DNA from: Schmidtea polychroa
Lineage: Eukaryota
Assembly (NCBI GenBank): GCA_044892525.1
Contig: CM097888.1
Span: 19,158,226-19,222,000, forward strand
Direction: 5' to 3'
Length of the DNA: 63,775 bases
In this document: piece by piece, positions 1 through 11,618 of the stretch
Position numbering within the stretch: position 1 is the stretch's first letter
Layout: each line of letters opens with the position of its first letter
Program-made: the position numbers and the translations under genes
The notes under the pieces: model-generated
The model's database searches: none
The model's input: only the letters and a program-made list of their open reading frames with translations
What the model was told of the DNA's origin: nothing

Positions 1-2067
1 CGTTTATTTATAATGAAATAAACTTAAACTACATTTAATACAAATTCAAAATCTTACCATTTCTATCCAAAATTTGTGTAAATTTCGTTTAAATAAAAAT
101 ATTTGTATTTATTTACGATCATTATTCGTAATATCATAAATTAATTCGTTTAAACTTTGTTATTGTTTAGATTGGCCTCTTCATTCCATTTATATTGCAT
201 TCAATAAAAACTGCATAAATTAATAAATTTATATATAAAAATTCCTTGTGGACTGAATAATATTGGATTTAAAAGATTTATAATTTTCTAAGTATAAATA
301 TATCACAATTTTCAAAACTTACATTTTTAAACAATAGTTTTAATCAATTAAATTTTTATAATATTTTTCATTAATATTCTTTAAATACAATTCTATAATA
401 ATTATTGATTTATATTCTTAGTTTATTGAAATTTCTGATGAAACTAATGAGGTGGATTATATTCATTAAACCTTATAAAATATGGATAAAAACTTACTTC
501 AATAAATTTATAAATAATAATCTTTACAATTTTCAGCAGGGCATACATGTAAACATTTAAGATTATATAGGTTTATTCTACTAAATTTTATTAATTTTTA
601 AACATTCTGAAAATTTGTTAATTTTTATATTATCTCAAAGAAAGAATTGAAGAATCAATTATTAATATATTTCTTATATTATTTATTTTTAATTCAATGT
701 AAATTTTATTTTATTAAACATATTTTCTGAAATCTTTTCATAATAATTAAACATTATATAAATGTCAAAGTTGAAAGAAGCCTTAAATATATGAAATCCA
801 AACAATTATGATTTAAATTTATCAAAGGATTCTAAATAATTTTTGAAATTCTGAAATAGTTTGTGAGGGATTTTTATGTTAAAAACTATATTATTTAGTT
901 GTTTTGTTTACATTTTATAAAAATATTTATTAAATTGTATCAAATTAAATTTGCTGAAATACATCTTATAATTTTTTTCAAATTGAAATCCTTACTAGAA
1001 AAATAATTGAGGCAAAGTGTGACTTATTTATTATTCAATTAAACAAATATTTTTTATTAACTTAACACATCGAAATCCAAAATATGATAACTAGTTTTCT
1101 TCTTTAGTTTTATAAATTTAAATGTAATTTTCAGAAATCATTTCTTTTCATTTTTTTCCTTAAGCATAACATCAGCAGTCGAACTGCAGCTTAGTAAGCA
1201 TCCAAAAAAGTAATAAACTTTTCAAAGACAAAATTATTTTTTCCTTATGATTACATTTTTTTCATAAATCTAAATAGCCGGCGAAATTAGTAACCGGCCA
1301 TTTTTCCGAATCATAAATACTGATCGTCTTTTAATATATAATTTATAATTATATAATCTAATTTTCAATAAAAATTAAAATATGAAATTATCTAACTCAA
1401 TAAAGATTATTTTGAGATTATATTAAAATAAAAGGCAGTTATTTTATCTATTAAAGCTAAAGACGGAATTTTCATTAATACAACTTCATCAATAAATATT
1501 TTCATGAAAACTTCAAAACTTCAGGAATAATAACAACCCCAAAATTGCCAATAACACTTTATAGCACTCGTAATTATCCAGTTTTAAAGAATTTTCCAGC
1601 CTATTTAAAATATTAAAACTTGTAATTATAAAAATCATAGAGATTCATGATTTTATTGAGAATCTAAAAAAAATTGCCAATTCTAACTATATGGTTGATC
1701 AAATCATTCACTCCAATTATTTGTCATTATAATATATTTCTTTGAAAAATTTGCAACAATACAAGAGCGGCATCTTTATTTTAACATTTTTAGGGAATTG
1801 AGACATTCAAAAAAAGATTTATGTTAAATAATATATAATAATTATAAAGTAATAATTGATGCTGCTACATAGANNNNNNNNNNNNNNNNNNNNNNNNNNN
1901 NNNNNNNNNNNNNNNNNNNNNNNNNNNNNNNNNNNNNNNNNNNNNNNNNNNNNNNNNNNNNNNNNNNNNNNNNNNNNNNNNNNNNNNNNNNNNNNNNNNN
2001 NNNNNNNNNNNNNNNNNNNNNNNNNNNNNNNNNNNNNNNNNNNNNNNNNNNNNNNNNNNNNNNNNNC

Positions 2068-2204
2068 TTGAAGACTATAAATCAGTAATATATCGATGTT
2101 TTTTTATACTCACAAATTTTCGGCACTGCTTTAAGAAAATTGGCAGTATCGAAAATTCGTGAGTATCAAAAAACATCGATATATTACTGATTTATAGTCT
2201 TCAA
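2068..2204. mobile_element. Palindromic MITE-like element (~137 bp)
   Basis: Near-perfect inverted repeat TTGAAGACTATAAATCAGTAATATATCGATG...CATCGATATATTACTGATTTATAGTCTTCAA. A related partial copy is at ~39552-39630. The left edge abuts an N-gap. Confidence 0.75.
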
Positions 2205-2459
2205 ACTCTCTTTTTAATAAATTCAATGGAAAAAATATTCAATGGAAAAAATATTCAATGATGAANNNNNNNNNNNNNNNNNNNNNNNNNNNNNNNNNNN
2301 NNNNNNNNNNNNNNNNNNNNNNNNNNNNNNNNNNNNNNNNNNNNNNNNNNNNNNNNNNNNNNNNNNNNNNNNNNNNNNNNNNNNNNNNNNNNNNNNNNNN
2401 NNNNNNNNNNNNNNNNNNNNNNNNNNNNNNNNNNNNNNNNNNNNNNNNNNNATTCTTTT

Positions 2460-2497
2460 CACGATTAATTTCGACAGTTTTCTGTCATCATCAGGTG
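2460..2497 (-). ncRNA. Minimal type I hammerhead ribozyme motif
   Basis: Minus strand: CAC-CUGAUGA-U-GACAG(AAAA)CUGUC-GAA-AUUAAU-C-GUG. Confidence 0.75.
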
Positions 2498-2581
2498 GGA
2501 TATAATAACTCATTAAATTAAGGATTAAATTAAGGAAAGTACGCAATATGTTTATTAATAAGTCAAAAAACTCCGGTTGAA

Positions 2582-2887
2582 TTGTGTTCCGATCTCGTTT
2601 ATCAGTTTACATGTAATGGGTGTAATGCCACATACATTGGAGAGACTTCCCGTCATCTCTGTATTCGAGCTCGAGAACATTGTAGACCGAAGGCTTTGAC
2701 CCATATTGGTGAGCACAATAAGGGCTGTAAGATTAAAATAGGTATGTCTGATTTTAAAATTTTATTAAAAAACTTCGATAATTATTGGGAATGTGTAATT
2801 TGTGAGGCGTTGTTGATAAACTCATTGAATCCAAAAATTAATGTGCAGAATGCAGTAAATATTTGTGTGTTGAGTGTTTTTAAATAA
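2582..2887 (+). CDS. GIY-YIG endonuclease domain of a Penelope-like element (no RT present)
   Basis: LVYQFTCNGCNATYIGETSRHLCIRAREH ... EALLINSLNPKIN matches the PLE endonuclease pattern (VYxxxCxxC, YIGET, R-EH). Confidence 0.9.
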   Translation: MCSDLVYQFTCNGCNATYIGETSRHLCIRAREHCRPKALTHIGEHNKGCKIKIGMSDFKILLKNFDNYWECVICEALLINSLNPKINVQNAVNICVLSVFK

Positions 2888-3076
2888 GCTTTTGTGTATT
2901 GTGTGTATTGATTGTTGTGTTAAATTAAATAATTAATAAAAATTTTTTTAAATTATTAAATTAAATTTTAAATGTTTAAATTTAAAAAAAATAATATATT
3001 TTTTATAAAATGAAAATTTTTTTTTATATATAATTAAATTTGTTTAAAATCCTTAATTTAATGAGTTATTATATCC

Positions 3077-3115
3077 CACCTGATGATGACAGGAAAACTG
3101 TCGAAATTAATCGTG
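3077..3115 (+). ncRNA. Minimal type I hammerhead ribozyme motif
   Basis: CAC-CUGAUGA-U-GACAG(GAAAA)CUGUC-GAA-AUUAAU-C-GUG. Helix III is palindromic and the cleavage triplet is AUC. Confidence 0.78.
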
Positions 3116-4171
3116 AAAAGAATGTTTGATTGGCGTTATTTTATAATTAAATCATTGCCATGTNNNNNNNNNNNNNNNNNNNNNNNNNNNNNNNNNNNNN
3201 NNNNNNNNNNNNNNNNNNNNNNNNNNNNNNNNNNNNNNNNNNNNNNNNNNNNNNNNNNNNNNNNNNNNNNNNNNNNNNNNNNNNNNNNNNNNNNNNNNNN
3301 NNNNNNNNNNNNNNNNNNNNNNNNNNNNNNNNNNNNNNNNNNNNNNNNNNNNNNNNNNNNNNNNNNNNNNNNNNNNNNNNNNNTGAAAAGCTATTTTAAT
3401 ATTGAAATTCTAACATTACTAAATTTTTAATAGAAATGTAAAAATTTATATTTAAAAAAATTGATTTTTGTCTTTTAGTAGACATTTTTTCAATTGGATT
3501 ATTACTATAAGCAATTAAAACCTATTTTTGCTGGTCAACGATAAATAATCCATCAGTGTGCAGAGATCAATTAAAATTCGACCAAGGCAATATGAAAAAT
3601 CAGGGGGACGTGAAAAATTAATCATGCGAAAAAATAGATTTGAAAACTAGAAAAATTAACCGCTTTTATTTGAGCCTTTCCTTTATTTTTATCTGATGTC
3701 CAGTTCGTGCAATTTAATTGATATTCTTTTTTTAATATATAATGCGCATAAAGTGGTTAAAATTTTCAATTTAAAATCACTTGCTATAAAAGAGAAAAAC
3801 TTAATCATAACAATTTAGAATTTAGTTGGCTATTTTTCGTCGGTTTTGTGATAAATTTTAATTAAATTTTTAATTTTTGAGAAGCGGTGTTGAATTTCAA
3901 TAGGTTATTTATTATTATAAAGTAACTATAATTCAGATTTACAATATTTGTAAAATGAAAGAGAAAACAATTTAATAAAGAATAACAAATAAGTGAAATT
4001 AGAAAGTTCATAAATAATTATTAAATACATTTTTTATCTTTTGAAATGTTTTTAATATTTTATTATTAAATTTATTTATTGTTTATATTTTAAATACCAA
4101 TAAACATTTATTTGAAAAATAAAACATAAGTAAAACTTAAAAAACAAAATTAATGGTATCATTTTATATAG

Positions 4172-4388
4172 CAGAGGTTTCCAAACTTGGGGTTGGAAAG
4201 TATTTCAGAAGGGGTCACAAAAATTTAACATAATTGTATAATAAGAAATATTAATTTTTAAGTGTATTTGCAATGTAAATTTTACACAATTCAAACAAAA
4301 TACGTCCATTTTTGTTTATTATTTCGGAACCGTAAAGTTTTTTCTTCTTAAAAATAAGACATAGTAATATAAAATTTGGAAACCATTG
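4172..4388. mobile_element. Possible hAT-type MITE
   Basis: Ends CAGAGGTTTCCAAA / TTTGGAAACCATTG; the flanking 8-mers match only 5 of 8. Confidence 0.4.
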
Positions 4389-7300
4389 CTATCAAGAACA
4401 TTGGTAAATAATAATAATAAAAAATAATAATTACGACTATTATAACAAAAACAATGTCTAAAATAAAAATAATTGTAAAATTAATTTAAATAACTGTGGA
4501 ACTGTGGGAAATGAGAGGAGAAAATATAGTTTCGTAGAAAATATAGTTTCAATTAAGAATTGGAAAATGGAGAAAAAACAAAAGGAAAACAATAAAACGA
4601 AACAATTAATCAAGATGGAACTAAAAGCTAGCACTAATTAATTAGTGCAAATTTTCAGATTTAGAAAATGGAAAACAAAATTGTTTTGCGGACTCTCATA
4701 AGCTGATAGCCAAACAAAATAAATGGAGATTCAAAATAACGTATTCTTTGACGTCAAAGAGAGGCGGTACAGAAATTATTTCCTGATAAATTATGACTTT
4801 TTTGAATGAATTTGTATTTTGATTGTTTGTGCTTTGTTATTATAGATATTTACTATAAAGTTTTGTATTTGTTTATTGTCCAATGTTTGTAGAATACTTT
4901 TCCTTTGTCAATGCTGTTGAATGACACGTTTTTTATTTTATTTGGCTTTCGTTATATGAATTTTCTCTGTTATCATTATACGGTTGAGTCTTTGTATTTC
5001 AATTTTTTTCTTGTTGTTTTCTAAAAGAAAGACGCTTGTCTTTTTTATTTTGAATATTTTGTTTGAATTGTCTTAACTACTTTTGAAATCTTGTGTAAAC
5101 ATGGTTTATTAAGTCATAATTTGTGGTTAAAATGGTTTTTGTTATTTAAATTTATTAGTTGTGGTTTTAGTAATGGTAAATTTTGTTCTTTTTCAAATAC
5201 TATAAATTCCCGACTTTCGTTGTCTGTTGAGTTTAGACGATTTCTTATGAAATTTATGACAACGAGCTTCTCAAATTGGAAAGAAGCAATTCTGTTTTAT
5301 AAACTTCCAAAAAACATTTATATCATAGTTCCCGTGTACCCAACGCGTCGATCGACAAGAAATTTGAAGTATATCCCGAGAAAATTTATATTTAAAGCTA
5401 AAATATACTTTTAAATAAAAAAATTGCCACCAATAACTAAAATTGTTGAAAAGCAAACATTTGAAATTTATTTCATTATTTGAATGCAAATGTGGTTTTA
5501 AAATTATAATATAATTATAGTTTTAATTATAATTTTAAAACTAATTAATAATATTTAAAATTAATAAACTAATTATTTTAAAACAATTTTAAATAACGTT
5601 CTTTAATTCTTTTCAATTGTTAACGTCGTTAATTTTTTGTATTTTACGAAAAAATAAAACGAAATATTTTCAAATTTCCAATTAAGTAGGCTAATAAATT
5701 TTTAAATTTTGATTTTTTTAAAATACTGATTTATAAGTCTTTTTTCTGCTGTGCAAAGTAGTTGTTTTTTTGGAATTAATTGTTGTTTTATGCAAGCAAA
5801 TTAAATATTTTGAATTTTACCCATTATTTTGCCCAAAGTATTTGCATTTAGCCAATCGCCATTTGTTCAGAAAATAAAAAGTAGCTCGTTAGGTCACAAA
5901 GGTTGGACACATCTGCCATAGTTGATGCTAAAGAAAAACGAAAGAGAACAAATTTAGGCTCAAACATAAATGCATTAGTCTCTCGAAAATTTAATTGGTT
6001 TCCCTGTAAATAATTTTCCATGTAAGAAATAAGAGAAATAAAAATCTTTTGTTTCAAATTAATATTTCAATCAGTCACCAATTTTTTATTCCTTAAGTTG
6101 AGATTTAATTATTCCAAGATCATTTTAACAATGCCAAAATATGCCAGCATCGCAAATAATCTCCCAAAACATTTTGATAGATCAAGAATTTTATTGAACC
6201 CTAATACTTGATAAACTCATAAAGTTTAATAGCAAGGCTTCAGGATAGTTAGAAAATGTCTTGTAGTTCATTTTAATTTCAGTTCCAGATTTAAATTGTT
6301 AGAGAAAAGCTTTAAAAAGTCAACTACACCAATTGAACATTTAGATTAGCTAATTAATTTTATTAACATTTACAAACTCTTAAAAATTTACAACGTGATT
6401 TATTTATAACAAAACAAATTGAAAGATCATTTAGATATCTTTGTCATGTTAAAACATATTTGTAGATCGGTTGGCCAAGAACGCTTAAGTTGACTGATGT
6501 TTTAAGCAGTGGCCATGATATTTTTAAAATATTTTGAAGATTTGCTTGTTGAATTCAATAAGTTGAGTGAAGTTTTGATGTTGAAGGTTTTGATGCCTGT
6601 CAATTTTGTAAAGTCTATTTACATGTAATTTATAATTAACTTAATAAATTGTTTACTAAGATATTATTATTATTATAATTATTATAATTATTGCGTTACG
6701 TGTTTTTATAACACTTTTTGAAACAAAGTTATCAATGATTTTTTAATATTAAATCGTTAAATCCTAATATAATAAAAGCCAATTTAATTTCGAAAAAATT
6801 TTAACTTAATTCAAAAAAATTTACTCAAACAATTTAGAAATCAAAAATTAATGCGTAATCAAAATATTCAAGTAAAGAAGTTTTATTCAATAAAGCTGAA
6901 TTTCATAATTTGAATTGGATTGTTAACAATACCAAAAAAATTTATATTTATTAACAGAATAATTATTTTAAAGTTTTAGAAAATAATATTTGTAGCTTAC
7001 TTTATTTGAATCTTAATAATTGTTTCTTGAATTTTAAAAAAATAAAATTATAAAATTATAAAACGAATGTTCTTCGCATTATGAGATATTAATGTTAATT
7101 AATTTAAACATTGATGACCTTTGAAATAATGAAAATTTAATATTATAAAGATTGAAAATATAAATGAGAGTTCGTCAAATCAACTTTTATATCATTAAAT
7201 TAATATTCTTTCTTTAAGTCTTGTCTAATCACCATAATTTTATAATAATATCAGACAAATATGCTGCGTGTATTGTATTTAAATGAAAGAAAATTGTATT

Positions 7301-8616
7301 ATTAAAAAATATGAAAAATAACATTTCACTATTGTGTGATTATGTTTGACTTATTGACTTAGAAATCAATTCAAGTATTAAATATTGTTTAAATTTACCT
7401 TCTCCATAAAAGTCTAAAATACAGGATTACAACCGTCCTTCGAGGTGTTTATCCAGTTCAAGGAAGGAGTAAGAAAAAAGTGAGTTACTCTGTTACGTAT
7501 GCGACAAATAGAAAATTATCGTAAAGAAGTTCACTAAAAGTGGTTACAAACAAATAAACTTATTGGTGTTATGAAGTGTTGTTAAAATGTACTAGGATTG
7601 CTGATAGATTTGCCATAAACTCTTCCCAAAAACATCTTCATGACTATTAGTTTTTTTATTATCAGTGTGCCATGGCAACAAACAAGTTGGTAAAAATCAA
7701 TCGGAAAATTAATGAGCAGGTAAGCTTTATTACCATAACTACTCTTCATTGCACTTTCACTTTCGGATTCATGACTGATGATAGAAAATCTTAAATTATT
7801 TCTTATTTTGATAATTTATTCATGGATCTCTTAAATATTCAGTAAAGTCTTAGTTTTCAAAAATTTGGGCGGTGTTGCACTTCAGCATTTAACATTATCT
7901 TAAAAAATTTGAGGGAAATTTGCCATTTAAATCTATTCATCGAAACCTGGTTCAAATTCATCATTATCGGTCTTTCATCAGAAAAATTCAAATATTTTTC
8001 TCTGAAAAAAAAGCCATTCATGATTCTTGAAATGTCAAACGTCCAAGACTTACACTCATGCTCAGTGAATAACCTGGATTTCAAAGGTAGTCGTCGAACG
8101 TCTGTCTACTAGCCACTTCTGTCCCGCCACTTTTTAACCTCAGACATGAATCGACTACTATTTCGACCACCACTTAATTGATTTATTTTGATAACATTTC
8201 CATAAAATTTTAACTTTACTATTTTGTACACATAAAACAGTTAATAAGATGTTCACAGTTACAGAGTGTGCTGGGGTAGAACTGATCTTCAGTTCAAGTA
8301 GCTGAAACGTGATTGAAAGGCGTCGGAACATCGCATGCAAAAATAACATCAAGTAGAGTCAAACTCAAACACGTCCAAACATCAACAGTTAGCTCAAATA
8401 ATTCAAAGAAAACTAAATAAAATAATGAACCTNNNNNNNNNNNNNNNNNNNNNNNNNNNNNNNNNNNNNNNNNNNNNNNNNNNNNNNNNNNNNNNNNNNN
8501 NNNNNNNNNNNNNNNNNNNNNNNNNNNNNNNNNNNNNNNNNNNNNNNNNNNNNNNNNNNNNNNNNNNNNNNNNNNNNNNNNNNNNNNNNNNNNNNNNNNN
8601 NNNNNNNNNNNNNNNN

Positions 8617-9575
8617 TATTAAATTATATAGTTCAGATTAAAAGGAAAGCCGAAATTGAATGGCGGTCAAACAGAGAAGCAATGGCAAAGAAAGATATGA
8701 TAAAAAAAAAGGGTACAATCAGACATGAAATGGGAAAATGCGCAAACCGGAGGAAGTGGAATAAAGTGAAAAGTTATCGAAATTGAAGCTGGAAAACGGG
8801 AGAGGGGTAGATTAAGGGATGGTGAAGAAGACAGTGAGCAAGAAATTGTTAGAAAATGTGTAGAAAAGGTCGTAAAACAGACAAATGTGGAAAAACGTAA
8901 AATATTAATTAATTAATTAATTGGCTAATGGGAAACCCGAGCTAATGGGAAGCCCGAGCCAATGGAGAACCCGAGCGATGAAGAAAACCCGAGCACGGCA
9001 ATTTGGAAGGGTAAACAAACGAGGAATTCAGAGGGCAATTATCCAAACAATCGGATAAACGAGGGTAAACAAAAGACAGGGAATTACGAAGAGGGTCAAC
9101 AAAAATAGTCAATTAGGGAATGATAGCTGAAGAAGTCAAAACCAATTAGGTCAAAAATGGGGCAATTACAACGATTATGGGAGTATATAAGGAAACTCAA
9201 AATTCACATAATCGGCGATAGCCTTAGGTAGGGATACGAAGAAACAGACGATAGGAGTTCGAGGAATAAAAATAAAAAGGAAAAAGGAATTATAAGAGGA
9301 ATTTAGGAGTCAGAAAGGAATATTAAAGGAGTTCGGATCAGAGAGCGGAATCAAACAAAAGGTGAAACCTAATTTTTAATCGTACAAGGCCGAGACCTTC
9401 CAGAGCGGAGTTCGATCTGAAATTGTGTAAGAATTGTGATTAACCAACAGTGTGATTAATTGTTGAGTTGTGAATTGTTATAAAACAAATATACGTTGGG
9501 AGTTTTGTTTATTGATTTTGGAACACGTGGAGTCAGAGTAACCAACGGTTGATTTTAATATCATAAAACCCAACA
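8617..9575 (+). repeat. 5' LTR (first ~21 bp hidden in the gap)
   Basis: Matches 23897-24855 with no difference seen; ends ...AAAACCCAACA; contains GCTAATGGGAAACCCGA-type tandem repeats and TATATAA at ~9184. Confidence 0.95.
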
Positions 9576-9582
9576 TATATTT

Positions 9583-9600
9583 TGGTGAGCCCGACGTGAT
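9583..9600 (+). promoter_or_regulatory. Primer-binding site, tRNA-Trp-like
   Basis: TGGTGAGCCCGACGTGAT differs by one base from the classic tRNA-Trp PBS TGGTGACCCCGACGTGAT. It lies 7 nt after the LTR and is identical at 35858-35875. Confidence 0.85.
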
Positions 9601-9725
9601 TAAACGTTGGTGGGCGAATATTGAAGGGTGAAAGAGGTGAAAAAAATTAAAGTAATAAGAAAATTGAAAATAATTGGAAATTGGAAGAGGTAGTAATTAT
9701 CGATTATTAATTTTAATATTTAGCC

Positions 9726-11618
9726 GTGAGTGAATACAATTTGAGGAACCGAAAAGTAAAGATGGCCAGAGAGAACGCTGAGATGATAGATTTTGCCAGT
9801 TGTCAAAAATTACCGGTGAATCAGTATGGAGGAGACCCGGTTGATTTTGCCGATTTCATGGGCGATTATTATATGTACGCTTCGGCCTATGGGTGGTCAC
9901 AAGCCATAATGGTACAAAGATTGCCACTCTATTTAAAAGGAGCCGCAAGAGAAGCTTGGCAGCAAGTGGATAAAAAGACAATTGGAGATGATTGGGCCAA
10001 ACTCAAGGATGCGATGGCAATGAAATTGGTGGGAGGCGATATAAAAAGAATAATGCGCCAAAAATTTTATGCCAGAGTACAAAATCCAAATGAATCGGTA
10101 AGTGAATTTGCATACCATTTAACGACTTTAGCAGACAAAGCCTTCGAAGCAAAGCCTGAACAAGTTGAGATGGTAAAACAAGTCAGAGAACTGCTTCAAG
10201 ATCAATTTATAAATGGAGCCCTTCCTGAAATTAAAAAAGCCCTATGCTACGTGGATTTCTCGAATTTTGATGAACTTGTGAAAAAAGCCATGAAAATTGA
10301 ATTGAACTTGAAAAGTACCAGAAAATCCGAAGTATTTGCTGCCAATGCCGATAAAAGAGAAAGGTCGGTAACTCCAGTTCGAGAACAATGAGTATCAAAG
10401 AAACCAACCCAAACAATCAGTTCGCCAAGACCAAGTAATAAAGTCGAAATTAATAAAGCAGTGTTTGGGAGTCAGGTGGCTGCGAGATCTAACAGCATAG
10501 TATGCGATCACTGCAAGAAAGTGGGACACTATCCAAATCAATGCTGGTTTAAATATGGAAGAGACCCCAGCCCCAGAAGAAAGTTTGTAGAAAGTAAGCC
10601 AATTATTAATGACTTGAAATGCTATAGATGTGGGAAAATGGGCCACATAAGCAGGAATTGTTTTTCAGGTACCCCATCACCATCAAGATCCCCGTCGCCC
10701 CAACGAGATAAAGTGAACACTAATGGACAAATTCAATGTCATTCATGCAAAGGTTATGGCCACATGGCTCGATCATGCCCCCGAAACTCAGAAAGATTTA
10801 GCCGACCAATATTGAGGAAATCTATTAGATTTCAAGATGAATCAGCAAATACTAATGTTGCATATGCTCAAAAGGAGGAGTTTAAAGAGAAAATGGAAAA
10901 TGAATTTCGGGAAATGAGACAGAAATTAAACAAGCTTATGTCAAAGTTCGAATCAGATGAGGAAGCAGATTCGTGTATGGTGTACGAAAAAGAGGCCGAT
11001 GCGGGCGGAAATCTTAGTGATAAAGCAAAAAATGATCTATCAAATGAAAAGGCTGTTCTGTTGATAAAGAAAATAGAAAGATGGTATACCGGAATGAAAA
11101 CAGACCTTCCGAGATTGAAAGAGTGGATTACCGAACTAACTCAAATCCAACTCAGCCAAAGAAAATTGAAAATTATTTTAAACATGTGTGTCAAAGTTTA
11201 CAATAAATACCAAGACGATGAAATTGCAAAACTAATAAAGACATTGGGAAAAGCACTGAGATCCACAGAGAGCTTGACCGACATATTCGTAGAAACTACA
11301 GACGGAAGTGGCAGAAACTTTCAATTTACGATTAAACCTAGCGGGCAAATAAAGGATTTGAGGGAGCTCATTATGTCGAAATATAAAGCAAATGAAGTGC
11401 AAATAAATTTCAAAAAACGGTCGATGGGTCAATTGGCGGATGGAGAATATTTGGTCGATTGTGGGCTGATTCCTGGATATAAAAATGAGGTAAAGATATT
11501 CAATGTAATTAATCAATCAAATTCAGACTTTAAAGGATGGAGGAAAAATTACAGGATTTACGGGATAGTCTGTATATTGGAGATGAAGACGAAATTAGTA
11601 ATTGTCTGGAACGGATGA
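9726..11618 (+). CDS. gag: Gag (capsid + 3 CCHC knuckles) plus ubiquitin-like domain 1; in-frame TGA at 10389-10391
   Basis: ORFs 9726-10391 and 10461-11618 are in the same frame. Knuckles: CDHCKKVGHYPNQC, CYRCGKMGHISRNC, CHSCKGYGHMARSC. The TGA aligns with Trp in the sister element. Confidence 0.9.

Larger units (their letters stand above)
2452..3123 (+). mobile_element. 5'-truncated Penelope-like retroelement (GIY-YIG part) with inverted pseudo-LTR arms
   Basis: Arms at 2452-2525 and 3049-3123 are reverse complements, each holds a hammerhead motif, and they flank a GIY-YIG ORF. Gaps lie on both sides. Confidence 0.85.

Noticed and set aside
1-1850. Exon-like minus-strand patches
   Set aside because: Interrupted by stops and no recognisable family
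1856-3430. ORFs spanning N runs (1856, 2223, 2242, 2258, 3083, 3160; also 8425)
   Set aside because: Gap artefacts; the flanking residues are pseudo-LTR or LTR sequence
5091-6610. Short ORFs and possible degenerate exons
   Set aside because: No motif recognised and frames are inconsistent
7430-8420. Possible MULE/piggyBac transposase relic
   Set aside because: Too degenerate; no catalytic motif or TIR identified
8920-8998. CRISPR-like short repeats
   Set aside because: Contiguous LTR tandem repeats without unique spacers, in a eukaryotic context; the same applies to 63200-63560
11525-11550. Programmed -1 gag-pol frameshift
   Set aside because: TTTAAAG is not in the required phase and the -1 frame has TAA at 11531; a 1-nt loss explains it better
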